Assembly: GCA_041651415.1 (NCBI GenBank) | Contig: JBAZJH010000001.1 | Coordinates: 215,713 to 279,712 of the forward strand | Length of the DNA stretch: 64,000 nucleotides | Direction: 5' to 3' | From: Minisyncoccota bacterium | Lineage (GTDB): Bacteria > Patescibacteriota > Minisyncoccia > UBA6257 > XYB1-36-10 | Shown: positions 56,263 through 64,000 of the stretch, piece after piece | Layout: every line of letters begins with the position of its first letter | How positions within the stretch are numbered: position 1 is the stretch's first letter | Position numbers and translations under genes: made by a program | The notes under the pieces: model-generated | Seen by the model: only the letters and a program-made list of their open reading frames with translations | Told to the model about the DNA's origin: nothing | The model's database searches: none

Positions 56263-57120
56263 TTGGCAGTTCGGGCAAAATCTTGTTCCACGCCCGCCGA
56301 CCTTCATTTTTTCTATTTTTGATTTGCGGCAACGCGGGCACAATTTTTTTTCTTTTTGATAAACCTTAAGAAATTTAGCAAAACCTCCGGGATGGCCGTC
56401 GCTATTTCTAAAATCGCGAAAAGTAGTCCCCTTGTGTTTAATCGCTTTTTTCAAAATCGATTGGCATAGCAAAAATATTTTTTCTTTTTCTTTTTTTGTC
56501 AAACTTTCCAACTTTCTATCCGGCCGGACCTTCGCTTCAAAACAAATTTCATCCGCGTAAATATTGCCGATTCCCGCGATAAGACCTTGATTCATCAAAA
56601 CCGCTTTTATTTTTCCTTTTTTATTTTCCAATAATTTTAAAAAAGATTTTTTTGTAAAAGCGGGAGAAAGCGGGTCAAGCCCGTATTTTTCTTCCACTGC
56701 CATTTTTTCTTTCTCATTAACCAGTTTCATATAACCGAATTGGCGCATATCGTTAAAGAAAAGCCGGCTATTATCGGAAAAAGAAAAAATGATGTGCGAA
56801 TACTTATTCGGCAAATCTTTTAAGTCGCTATCGGAAATTTTGTGTCCGCCGGCAGTTATCTTTTCTTTTTTCTTATAAATAAGCTGGCCGGTCATTTTTA
56901 AGTGAGTAAGCAAAAAAAGGCCGTTTGAGAGATAAAAAATTAAAAGTTTTCCGGCGCGGGAAATTTTGATAAATTTTCGCCCTTCCATTTTTTTGATAAA
57001 TTCAGAAGCATTTCCGCGCACGATTTTTTTCTTTCTGACTTCCACTTTTTTTATCCTTTTTCCTAAGATGATTTTTTCTAAATCCTTTTTTATTGTTTCT
57101 ACTTCCGGAAGTTCGGGCAT
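56257..57120 (-). CDS. mutM: formamidopyrimidine-DNA glycosylase (Fpg/Nei family)
   Basis: N-terminal MPELPEVE (catalytic Pro2/Glu3), H2TH region, C-terminal zinc finger CPRC…CPNC. Confidence 0.85.
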   Translation of the reverse strand: MPELPEVETIKKDLEKIILGKRIKKVEVRKKKIVRGNASEFIKKMEGRKFIKISRAGKLLIFYLSNGLFLLTHLKMTGQLIYKKKEKITAGGHKISDSDLKDLPNKYSHIIFSFSDNSRLFFNDMRQFGYMKLVNEKEKMAVEEKYGLDPLSPAFTKKSFLKLLENKKGKIKAVLMNQGLIAGIGNIYADEICFEAKVRPDRKLESLTKKEKEKIFLLCQSILKKAIKHKGTTFRDFRNSDGHPGGFAKFLKVYQKEKKLCPRCRKSKIEKMKVGGRGTRFCPNCQK

Positions 57121-57168
57121 GGTAATTATGTCATTTTTACGACTTTAAATAGGTGTTTTTATTCCGCC

Positions 57169-57549
57169 TGTCATTCCAGCGAAAGCCTGCCTGCCGGTAG
57201 GTATGGCTGGAATCTAGGTTAATTGATAAATTTATAATATAAATCCTCCCATTTTGGGTTCTCTTTTTCAATAAGCCCCAATTTCCAATTTCTTTTCCAT
57301 GCTTTCAAATTTTTTTTCTCTTTTTATTGCATCGTAAGCATTAACAGTTTCTTCATAATAAACAAGCTTATCAACTCCGTATTTTTTAGTGAATCCTTCA
57401 ACTAGTTTATTTTTATGCTCTCCAATCCTTCTTAAAAGATCAGAGGTAACGCCAACATACAAGGTACCATTTCTTTTACTGGCTAAAATGTAGACGTAAT
57501 AAGATTTCATAAATAACTTTCTGGATTCCCGCCTTCGCGGGAATGACAG
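57169..57549. mobile_element. ~380-bp mini-element: GIY-YIG gene bounded by 14-bp terminal inverted repeats CTGTCATTCC(A/C)GCG, each end forming an ATTCC…GGAAT hairpin
   Basis: Left end CTGTCATTCCAGCG at 57169-57182. Right end CGCGGGAATGACAG at 57536-57549, whose reverse complement CTGTCATTCCCGCG matches 13/14 positions. The left hairpin also embeds a family-2 palindrome (GCCTGCCTGCCGGTAGG). Confidence 0.5.
57268..57510 (-). CDS. GIY-YIG nuclease-family small protein (UPF0213/YhbQ-like)
   Basis: MKSYYVYILASKRNGTLYVGVTSDLLRRIGEHK…TKKYGV…LVYYEE…REKK… is a textbook GIY-YIG core. 80 aa. Confidence 0.85.
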   Translation of the reverse strand: MKSYYVYILASKRNGTLYVGVTSDLLRRIGEHKNKLVEGFTKKYGVDKLVYYEETVNAYDAIKREKKFESMEKKLEIGAY

Positions 57550-57627
57550 ACAAGAAAAGAGTTTTGCATCTATCTTAAATTCAATAAAAAGAGATCTTAC
57601 AGAAATGACTGGAAAAAATAATAAAAA

Positions 57628-58467
57628 TTATTTTGTTATTTCTCTTAAGATACCAATATTTTTTTTATCGGGACCAAGATTATCAAAACCGGGCACTTCC
57701 AAAATCCAGGGAATGTTTCTGAAGTGAGACACTTGCGCAAGATTTTTGAAGCCGGATAAGCCGATTTTTCCTTCACCGATGTTCTCATGGCGGTCGTGAT
57801 GGGAGTCCGCGGCGGTTTTGGAATCATTGGCGTGAATCAAGGCAATTTTTTCCAGGCCGATTTTTTTGTCCCAAACGCTGAAAAAAGTTTTTATTTCGAC
57901 CGGAGAATATTCTTTAATCATCCCCGATTCAAAAGCGTGCGCGGTGTCAAAACAAACTTGAACTCGGGCAGATTTGACTTTTTTGATAATGGCAGAAATT
58001 TCTTCCAAACCGCCGACTTTACCGCCGCCGCCGGCATCATTTTCCAAAATCAATTTTGATTTTCCTTTGACGTTTTTCAGAACTTCCTTGATGCCGGAGA
58101 CAATAAAATCAATCCCTTTTTCTTTCGCCATTTTTTGGGAAGAGCCGACGTGGAAAACCAAACCGAAAGCGCCGAGCGCTTCCGTAATTTTAAGATGGGC
58201 GGATAAGCTGGCAACAGATTTTTTTCTTAAATCGGGAATAGGAGAAGCCAGATTAACAAGATAAGCGGAATGAAGAAAAACCGGACCGAGGCCGGATTCT
58301 TTTAAAGCTCTTTCATATTTTTCTATTTCAGCGGAAGAAGGAATTTTGGCCTGCCACTTTCGCGGTGAGGCGCCAAAAATTTGAAAGCAGTCCGCGCCGA
58401 TTTTTTGCGCGTTTTCCACTCCCCTATAAAACCCGCCAGCGACAGAAATATGGGCGCCGATTTTCAT
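57628..58467 (-). CDS. nfo: endonuclease IV (AP endonuclease family 2)
   Basis: MKIGAHISVAGG… TIM barrel with His/Asp/Glu metal ligands (…FHVGSS…, …LENDAGGG…, …CFDTAHAF…). Confidence 0.85.
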   Translation of the reverse strand: MKIGAHISVAGGFYRGVENAQKIGADCFQIFGASPRKWQAKIPSSAEIEKYERALKESGLGPVFLHSAYLVNLASPIPDLRKKSVASLSAHLKITEALGAFGLVFHVGSSQKMAKEKGIDFIVSGIKEVLKNVKGKSKLILENDAGGGGKVGGLEEISAIIKKVKSARVQVCFDTAHAFESGMIKEYSPVEIKTFFSVWDKKIGLEKIALIHANDSKTAADSHHDRHENIGEGKIGLSGFKNLAQVSHFRNIPWILEVPGFDNLGPDKKNIGILREITK

Positions 58468-58520
58468 AAGAAAATTATAACAGAGAGCGAAAGAAAAGAA
58501 ACAAAATCTATTCTTAAATT

Positions 58521-58565
58521 CTCAAGCCTGCCTGCCGGTAGGCAGGAATTTGAGAATAGATTGAA
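58521..58565. repeat. palindromic repeat family 2 copy with flanking inverted arms
   Basis: TCTATTCTTAAATTCTCAAGCCTGCCTGCCGGTAGGCAGGAATTTGAGAATAGATT. Centre CCTGCCTGCCGGTAGGCAGG, arms AATCTATTCT…/…AGAATAGATT. Confidence 0.55.
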
Positions 58566-58577
58566 ATTGACAAATAA

Positions 58578-60335
58578 TTATTTTTTTAAAAGTTCTTTGA
58601 AGATTTCGGGTTTGATGTCCACGCGGCCGGCGGCTTTCAAGCGTTTCTTGCCGCGCTGCTGTTTTTTCCAAAGTTTCATTTTGCGGGTGCGGTCGCCGCC
58701 ATACAAATAGCCGGTAACATCTTTTTTCAAAGCGGGAATGGTTTCACGGGCGATAATCTGGCCGTGAGCTTTTCCTTGAATGGCTTGAGCAAACTGCTGG
58801 CGCGGAAGAAGGTCTTTCAGTTTTTCGGCCATTTTTCTCGCCTCGTAATCAACTTCGTCTTTTGCCACCACGCGAGTCAAACCGGAAACAACTTCGCCCG
58901 CAACCAAAATTTCCAATTTTTCCACCGCGCCTTTTTCGTAGCCGGCAAATTCATAACTGAAAGAAGCGTAGCCTTCCGAAACAGATTTTAATTTGTCGTC
59001 AAAATCGCGAATGAGGTCGGCAAGAGGCATTTTGGCTTTGAAAATAGCATGTTCTTCGTCAAAATTTTCCGTCGTGGTTTCTTTCATATGAAAAATTCTA
59101 TTGAGTTGCATCAGGCCGTTTAAAAAAATATTGGGAGAAATTATTTCGAGATTAACCAAAGGCTCATACACTTCGTCAAAATCATCGGGAAAATCTTTCG
59201 GATTAAAAATAGTTGTTTCCTTCCCGCCTTTCTTAATAATGTAAGCGACAGAAGGAAAGCTATTAACGAGCGAAAGCCCGAATTCTCTTTTTAACCTTTC
59301 AAAAACAATTTCAAAATGGAGGCGTCCCAAAAAACCGCATTTGAATCCGCGACCCAAAACTTCGCTCCGGTCAGCTTCAAAAGTGAGCGAGGAATCATTC
59401 ATTTTGAGACGGCTCAAGGCCTGCTTCAATTCATCGTAATCGCTTTCTTCGCTCGGATAAAAAGAAACAAAAACAACCGGAGTCGGTTCTTTATAGCCAG
59501 AAAGAGGGCGACCGGATTTATTTCCCAAAATAGTGTCGCCGATTTTAATTTTTTCCGGGTCTTTCAAACCAGTAGCGACAAAACCGATTTCGCCGGCGGA
59601 AATTTTTTCCGATTTTCTAATTTCCGGATGAAAGAAGCCGACTTCTTTGACTTTAAAAAACGTCTTGGCGGCGGAAAGAAAAACTTCGTCGCCGGATTTC
59701 AAGGAACCGTCAAAAACGCGAATGTGAGCAATATCGCCTTTATGGTCGTCATAAACGGAATCAAAAATAAGAGCGCTGAAAGTGGAATTTTTCTCCGACT
59801 GCGGAGGAGGAATTTTTTCAATAACGGCTTGAATGACATTTTCTACGCCAAGTCCGGTTTTAGCGGAAACACGGAGAATTTCTTCTTTAGGGCAACCAAT
59901 AAGTTTCGCGGTTTTTGCGGCAATTTCTTCAAGATGAGGCGGGTCCATATCAACTTTATTCAAAACGCCGATGATTTTTAAGCCGGCGCGGCGGGCAGAA
60001 TGAAAATTAGCCAAGGTTTGCGCTTGAATGCCTTGAGTTCCGTCAACCAAGAGAATCGCTCCTTCAACCGCGGCAAGGGCGCGGGAAACTTCATAAGAAA
60101 AATCGGAGTGACCGGGAGTGTCAATCAGATTCAAAATATAACCTTTATATTCCATGCGAATCGGAGCCATTTTGATGGTTATCCCCCGCTCCCGTTCAAG
60201 GTCAAGCTGGTCAAGATATTGAGCTTTCATTTTTCTTTTTTCCACTGCGCCAGTCAAATCAAGCAGGCGGTCAGCCAAAGTGGATTTGCCGTGGTCGATA
60301 TGGGCGATGATGCAAAAATTGCGGATGTTTTCCAT
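58578..60335 (-). CDS. lepA: elongation factor 4 (LepA)
   Basis: N-terminal GTPase (AHIDHGKSTL, DTPGHSDF, NKVD). EF-G-like domains II-V. LepA-specific C-terminal domain (…YGGDRTRKMKLW…). 585 aa. Confidence 0.9.
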   Translation of the reverse strand: MENIRNFCIIAHIDHGKSTLADRLLDLTGAVEKRKMKAQYLDQLDLERERGITIKMAPIRMEYKGYILNLIDTPGHSDFSYEVSRALAAVEGAILLVDGTQGIQAQTLANFHSARRAGLKIIGVLNKVDMDPPHLEEIAAKTAKLIGCPKEEILRVSAKTGLGVENVIQAVIEKIPPPQSEKNSTFSALIFDSVYDDHKGDIAHIRVFDGSLKSGDEVFLSAAKTFFKVKEVGFFHPEIRKSEKISAGEIGFVATGLKDPEKIKIGDTILGNKSGRPLSGYKEPTPVVFVSFYPSEESDYDELKQALSRLKMNDSSLTFEADRSEVLGRGFKCGFLGRLHFEIVFERLKREFGLSLVNSFPSVAYIIKKGGKETTIFNPKDFPDDFDEVYEPLVNLEIISPNIFLNGLMQLNRIFHMKETTTENFDEEHAIFKAKMPLADLIRDFDDKLKSVSEGYASFSYEFAGYEKGAVEKLEILVAGEVVSGLTRVVAKDEVDYEARKMAEKLKDLLPRQQFAQAIQGKAHGQIIARETIPALKKDVTGYLYGGDRTRKMKLWKKQQRGKKRLKAAGRVDIKPEIFKELLKK

Positions 60336-60458
60336 TATTTAGACCATAACAGAAAAATGCTATTTTGCCTATTGACAAAAATAAATAAGAGATTATAATT
60401 TCGCTTAGTATTTTGAAGTTCAGAAACGCGGAAAAATCCGCAAAAAAGGAGAAAGAGT

Positions 60459-60923
60459 ATGTTGAGTTTTGTGAAGTGGTTACAAGAGGAGTTGGAGAAA
60501 ATAACGGCGGAGGAAATGGAAGCGACTGGCGTAGAATTGGACGCCGGAAATGTGGGCGAAGAAGTAATCGCCGAAGAAATAAGTGTTCCTTGCAAAAAGC
60601 TTTTTACTTTTTATAAAAAGCTCTGCCAGAAACACAAAGAGACGGTTATCGGTGTGATGACCGCAGAGTTAAGAAAGGAAATGCTTGGGGAAAAGGCAGA
60701 GGATGACGAGTCCAGTAAAGAAATTAATTTGCTGGAAGAGTATAAGAAAATTACATACTCAATATTCTGGAGAAGTATTAAAATGGACTTCCCAGAGACC
60801 GAAAAGCAAGCGGTAATTGGAATTCGAAGGGGGTGGAAAATCGTCAGCGCCCTTCCAAAAAAAACGGGAGAAATTCCGGAATGCCTTCTTCATCAGATAC
60901 TTTGCAGTATTCAAGGTTCTTAA
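60459..60923 (+). CDS. hypothetical acidic protein
   Basis: 154-aa ORF with Shine-Dalgarno AAAAAGGAGAAAGAGTATG. No recognisable motif. Confidence 0.4.
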   Translation: MLSFVKWLQEELEKITAEEMEATGVELDAGNVGEEVIAEEISVPCKKLFTFYKKLCQKHKETVIGVMTAELRKEMLGEKAEDDESSKEINLLEEYKKITYSIFWRSIKMDFPETEKQAVIGIRRGWKIVSALPKKTGEIPECLLHQILCSIQGS

Positions 60924-61008
60924 ACCTCCTTTTTTTCCTTCCAAGTTCAAGCAAAGCCAGCGAATTCGCTGGCTTTTTTAATTTCATTTTTTAAATTTTT
61001 TGGAAAAA

Positions 61009-63129
61009 CTAAACGCTTTTTAGAGTGAGGACAAATTCAATTCTTTTTTCGGGAGCAGGATTCTCAAAAGTGAAAAGAAAATTATCCGCTTCGGCCCATT
61101 TGAAACCGGGCGGAGCTTCTATGTCAAATTTCACTCCCCCTTTTACTCCGGACTGCCTGTCAAAAACAAAAGAGAATTTTTGGCCTTCGGACACAATCAT
61201 TTTTTTCTCATTTTCATATTCAAAACGGAGAGTTTTGGTTTGGCCGGCCAAAGTAGTGAGCCAAGCGGAGAAAACCGATTTTCCCGCTTCTTCTCCTTTT
61301 TCCAAAAGAACGATATCTTCATCTTTTTGAAATTCTTCTTTTTCATAATCAAGCGGCGGATAAATTTTTTTATTTGTCGCGCCGGTTAAATTGAGAAGTT
61401 TGGAGCCCGAAGGAGCAAGAACGCGAATAAAGCTTTGATTTTTGGTCGTGTACCAATCGTATTTGGCGTCGCGTCCGTTATGCGAACGTTCGATGGAAAG
61501 AAAATTGGTTATTCTGCCTTCGGTGTTTATTTCGGTTTTGAGATAAATGTCTTGGTTTAAAAAAGCGTCGGTTTTGCCGCCGGCAATATTAGCGGCGACA
61601 ACTGCGAGATAATTTCCCTGAAAAGCCGGAGAAGTTTCAAAGACGCGGCCGGCGACTTTCTTTTTTTCAAAAAAGGCCTGAAGATTTTTATCGGAAGAAT
61701 AAAGCATCAAATCTTTTTGGCCGAAATGATAAATTATTTTTTCAATCAAAGCGTTTTTCTTTTCAAGAGGAAGTTCATTGATTTTAGAGAGAATAATGGG
61801 AGTAGCGTCTTTAATGACGGTTTTCGGCTGGCCTTTGTCTTTTGTTCTTTTCACTTCTATTTCATATTGGATTTCTTCCAAAAAATTATCTTTGGAAAGA
61901 GTGAGATCGTATTCGGGGAGTTCAACCGGCCCGACAGCTTCCAGAATACTTTCAAAGACGTCGGTGTTTACAGCAAGAACTCCGTCAAAAGTTATTCCTT
62001 TTTCGGAATAGATTTTAGAAGAATTCAAAAGAAAAGTTATTTTCTCGGCGGATTTTTTAAAATCAAAGAACCAGTTGGAATCACGGGCGGTCCATCTTGA
62101 AACAATCGTCTGGAGAGGCGCGGGAGGAACTATATTCAAATCAAGCTGGCCGTCCGGGTCGTAAATGTCGGAAACTTTTAACTCTTTAACAGCGCCGCGG
62201 CTTACGGACAGGTCGGCATAGCTCCCGATAAAACCGCCTGCGGGGCGAAGCTCGGAAGGATTCTGAAAAACAATAAGCCAGTGGCGTTCCAGCGGATAAT
62301 CAATAAAAGAAATAAGAGAGGAAAGAAAATCATTCAAACCGTCCAAATCGTTGCGGAAAGAAAGAAAAGAGCCGATAGATTCTGAATCCTGACTAACCAA
62401 GGAAAGGGCGGAAGAAAGATTATCGCCTTCCTTCATAATAAGGCGGGAATCGCTTTCAACTTCTTTCAATAAAGGAAGAAGCTTATCGCCTTCGCCATTC
62501 AAGAACCAGGAAAGCCCGTCGCTTTTCAAAACATCGAGATTCTCGCCGGTTTCCAAGGCTAAAGAAGCCGTGTTTTCAAGACCGGAAAGAGAATCGGAAG
62601 CCTTTTTAAAGCTGTCGAAGAAACCGCCGAGAAGGCCGGCGATTTGAGCCAAGCCCAGATTTTCCGCCTGAAATCTTAATTCTTTAATTTCCGACTTGGC
62701 GGAAAAAAGAGATTTATTGCCGGATTTAAAGTCAAAATTCTTGAAATAGCCGGCAGTTTCGATAAATTTTTCCGCGATGGATTTAGAAGAAGAAATAGCA
62801 TCTTCTTTAAAATTAAGAACAAGAAAAGAATAAAAAGCTAAAGAAGAAAGAATGGCGCCGATTATAAAAGGAAGGAAAAATCTTTTCCGGCGGGAATCAA
62901 TTTTTATTTTGGAATCCAGTTTTGAAACGGGGTTGTTAAAAGAAACCTGTTTTATTTCAAGAGGAGAAAAAGAAACGGTTTCAATTTCCACATTTTTAAC
63001 AGAGGATTCGGTTTTAACCGGAATAGTTTTGAAATTAGCGCCGGGGAAAAAGGGAAAATCTTCCGGAGGGCTTTCCAGGGGGCGAATGTCGCCCAGTTTT
63101 TTATAGATATTTTTTTTAGGAGCGCGCAC
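61009..63129 (-). CDS. large membrane-anchored extracytoplasmic protein of unknown function (possibly DUF4012-like)
   Basis: Cytoplasmic N-terminus, single transmembrane helix (FFLPFIIGAILSSLAFYSFLVL), ~600-aa extracellular region. Immediately downstream of a GT4 glycosyltransferase. The DUF4012 assignment is a guess from architecture only. Confidence 0.45.
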   Translation of the reverse strand: MRAPKKNIYKKLGDIRPLESPPEDFPFFPGANFKTIPVKTESSVKNVEIETVSFSPLEIKQVSFNNPVSKLDSKIKIDSRRKRFFLPFIIGAILSSLAFYSFLVLNFKEDAISSSKSIAEKFIETAGYFKNFDFKSGNKSLFSAKSEIKELRFQAENLGLAQIAGLLGGFFDSFKKASDSLSGLENTASLALETGENLDVLKSDGLSWFLNGEGDKLLPLLKEVESDSRLIMKEGDNLSSALSLVSQDSESIGSFLSFRNDLDGLNDFLSSLISFIDYPLERHWLIVFQNPSELRPAGGFIGSYADLSVSRGAVKELKVSDIYDPDGQLDLNIVPPAPLQTIVSRWTARDSNWFFDFKKSAEKITFLLNSSKIYSEKGITFDGVLAVNTDVFESILEAVGPVELPEYDLTLSKDNFLEEIQYEIEVKRTKDKGQPKTVIKDATPIILSKINELPLEKKNALIEKIIYHFGQKDLMLYSSDKNLQAFFEKKKVAGRVFETSPAFQGNYLAVVAANIAGGKTDAFLNQDIYLKTEINTEGRITNFLSIERSHNGRDAKYDWYTTKNQSFIRVLAPSGSKLLNLTGATNKKIYPPLDYEKEEFQKDEDIVLLEKGEEAGKSVFSAWLTTLAGQTKTLRFEYENEKKMIVSEGQKFSFVFDRQSGVKGGVKFDIEAPPGFKWAEADNFLFTFENPAPEKRIEFVLTLKSV

Positions 63130-63133
63130 GAAT

Positions 63134-64000
63134 TTAAATTTGAGAAGATAAAATTTTTAAAATTTTAGAAGCGGAAGAAGGCCAGCTGAATTTTTTGACA
63201 TTTTCCAATCCTCTTCTTGAAAGTTCCGCGCTTAAATCTTTTTCAAGCATAATTTTTTTCACAGCGGAAACAAGTTCGGAAAATTTCCAAGGGTCAATGA
63301 GAATGGCGGAATCACCAAGAATTTCCGGCAAAGAAGAGCGGTTTCCGGCAATAACCGGAATGCCGCAACTCTCCGCTTCAAGAGGCGGAAAACCAAAGCC
63401 TTCAAAAAAACTGGGGTAGAGGAAGGCCTTAGCTTCATTATACAAGAAAACCCGTTCGGACGGAACGATGTCGTTTTTTATTTTTATAAAATTGCGGAAA
63501 GGAGAAGAAAAAATTTCTTTTTTTGCTTCGCCAAAGAGCCATTCTTTAGAACCGGCAAGAACAAGCTCAAGAGAGGAAAAGTCTTTTTCTTTTTTTATTT
63601 CGTTGAAAGCGGAAATGACAGCCAATAAATTTTTGCGCGGCTCAAAGGAACCGAGAAAAAGAAGATAAGGGTTAAGAAGCCCGTGCTTTTTTTTAAATTT
63701 TCCCAAATTATCTTTATCTTTTTCTTCGGAGATAACGCGAAAATCGGGATTAACCCCCGGGCAAACAACGGATATTTTTTCCGGCGGAATTTTGAAAAAA
63801 TCGATTATATCGCTTTTGGTAAATTCGGCATCGGTGATAATATGAGAGGCTTTTTCCGCCTGAATGCGGCAATTCTGCAGGAAATGCCAAAAACGCTGGC
63901 TTTTTGTAAAAAAAGAAGGATAGTGAAGAAAAGAAAGGTCATGAATAGTGAGGACACGAGGAGTGTTTTTTAGAGAAAGCGATTGAAGATGCGGACTGAA
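63134..64000 (-). CDS. glycosyltransferase family 4 (GT-B), 5'-partial; reading frame continues past window end
   Basis: C-terminal Glycos_transf_1 motif EGFGFPPLEAESCGIPVIAGNRSSLPEILG. Upstream in the same frame with no stop to 64000 is a GT4 N-domain (…RVLTIHDLSF…ISVVCPGVNPDF…). The track ORF was truncated at an internal TTG (63706). Confidence 0.75.
   Translation of the reverse strand, partial: FSPHLQSLSLKNTPRVLTIHDLSFLHYPSFFTKSQRFWHFLQNCRIQAEKASHIITDAEFTKSDIIDFFKIPPEKISVVCPGVNPDFRVISEEKDKDNLGKFKKKHGLLNPYLLFLGSFEPRKNLLAVISAFNEIKKEKDFSSLELVLAGSKEWLFGEAKKEIFSSPFRNFIKIKNDIVPSERVFLYNEAKAFLYPSFFEGFGFPPLEAESCGIPVIAGNRSSLPEILGDSAILIDPWKFSELVSAVKKIMLEKDLSAELSRRGLENVKKFSWPSSASKILKILSSQI

Noticed and set aside
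1-64000. CRISPR array
   Set aside because: The repeated elements are long (60-160 nt), mosaic, irregularly spaced (kb apart) and sit in separate intergenic regions. There are no short direct repeats separated by regular unique spacers and no cas genes.

Overview
This is a low-GC, gene-dense bacterial window that looks like a Candidate Phyla Radiation / Patescibacteria genome (inference). The supporting signs are: TTG starts; a compact ribosomal cluster in which rplO follows rpsE directly (no L30); an L24 with a zinc-ribbon tail that overlaps rplE; and proteins typical of that group (DsbA with a transmembrane helix, LRR protein, GT4 glycosyltransferase, a large membrane-anchored protein, RRM protein). 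The core content is described in order below.

1. Left end (1-16 kb). A cell-wall block (ftsW, murG), then gltX and an M23 peptidase. After that come a DedA-like protein, an LRR surface protein, a RecB/Cas4-like PD-(D/E)XK nuclease, rpmA, rplI and ctpA. def and fmt are split by a ~2 kb AT-rich insertion that carries a ClpP/S49-fold protease. An RRM protein follows.

2. Efflux and defence region (16-28 kb). A MacAB-like efflux operon is followed by tRNA-Gln with a GIY-YIG mini-element beside it. Next comes a GC-richer island encoding an XRE regulator, a DUF1837/HamA-like PD-(D/E)XK protein, an SF2 helicase (HamB-like) and a truncated NYN nuclease. This is interpreted as a Hachiman-like defence locus, with two unknown envelope proteins after it.

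3. Housekeeping stretch on the minus strand (28-51 kb). rluB-like, pspC-domain protein, pyrE, pyrF, tRNA-Val, then rplJ-rplL and a NUDIX hydrolase. These are followed by map, adk and secY, and the S10-spc operon in order: rplO, rpsE, rplR, rplF, rpsH, rpsZ, rplE, rplX, rplN, rpsQ, rpmC, rplP, rpsC, rplV, rpsS, rplB, rplW, rplD, rplC, rpsJ. tuf, fusA, rpsG and rpsL follow. infA-rpmJ-rpsM-rpsK-rpoA-rplQ are absent from their usual place after map.

4. Right end (50-64 kb). M50 protease, rpmB, tRNA-Pro, a GC-richer two-gene operon, a SIS-domain PGI/PMI, a DsbA-like protein, and a tandemly duplicated promoter-leader-sORF-terminator cassette. After these come fpg, a second GIY-YIG mini-element with terminal inverted repeats, nfo, lepA, a large membrane-anchored protein and a partial GT4 glycosyltransferase.

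5. Non-genic structure. A modular palindromic repeat family (three hairpin modules) sits in at least eight intergenic spacers. A second palindromic family (CCTGCCTGCCGGTAGGCAGG) and a recurring ATTCC...GGAAT hairpin are also present. No CRISPR array and no rRNA were seen.
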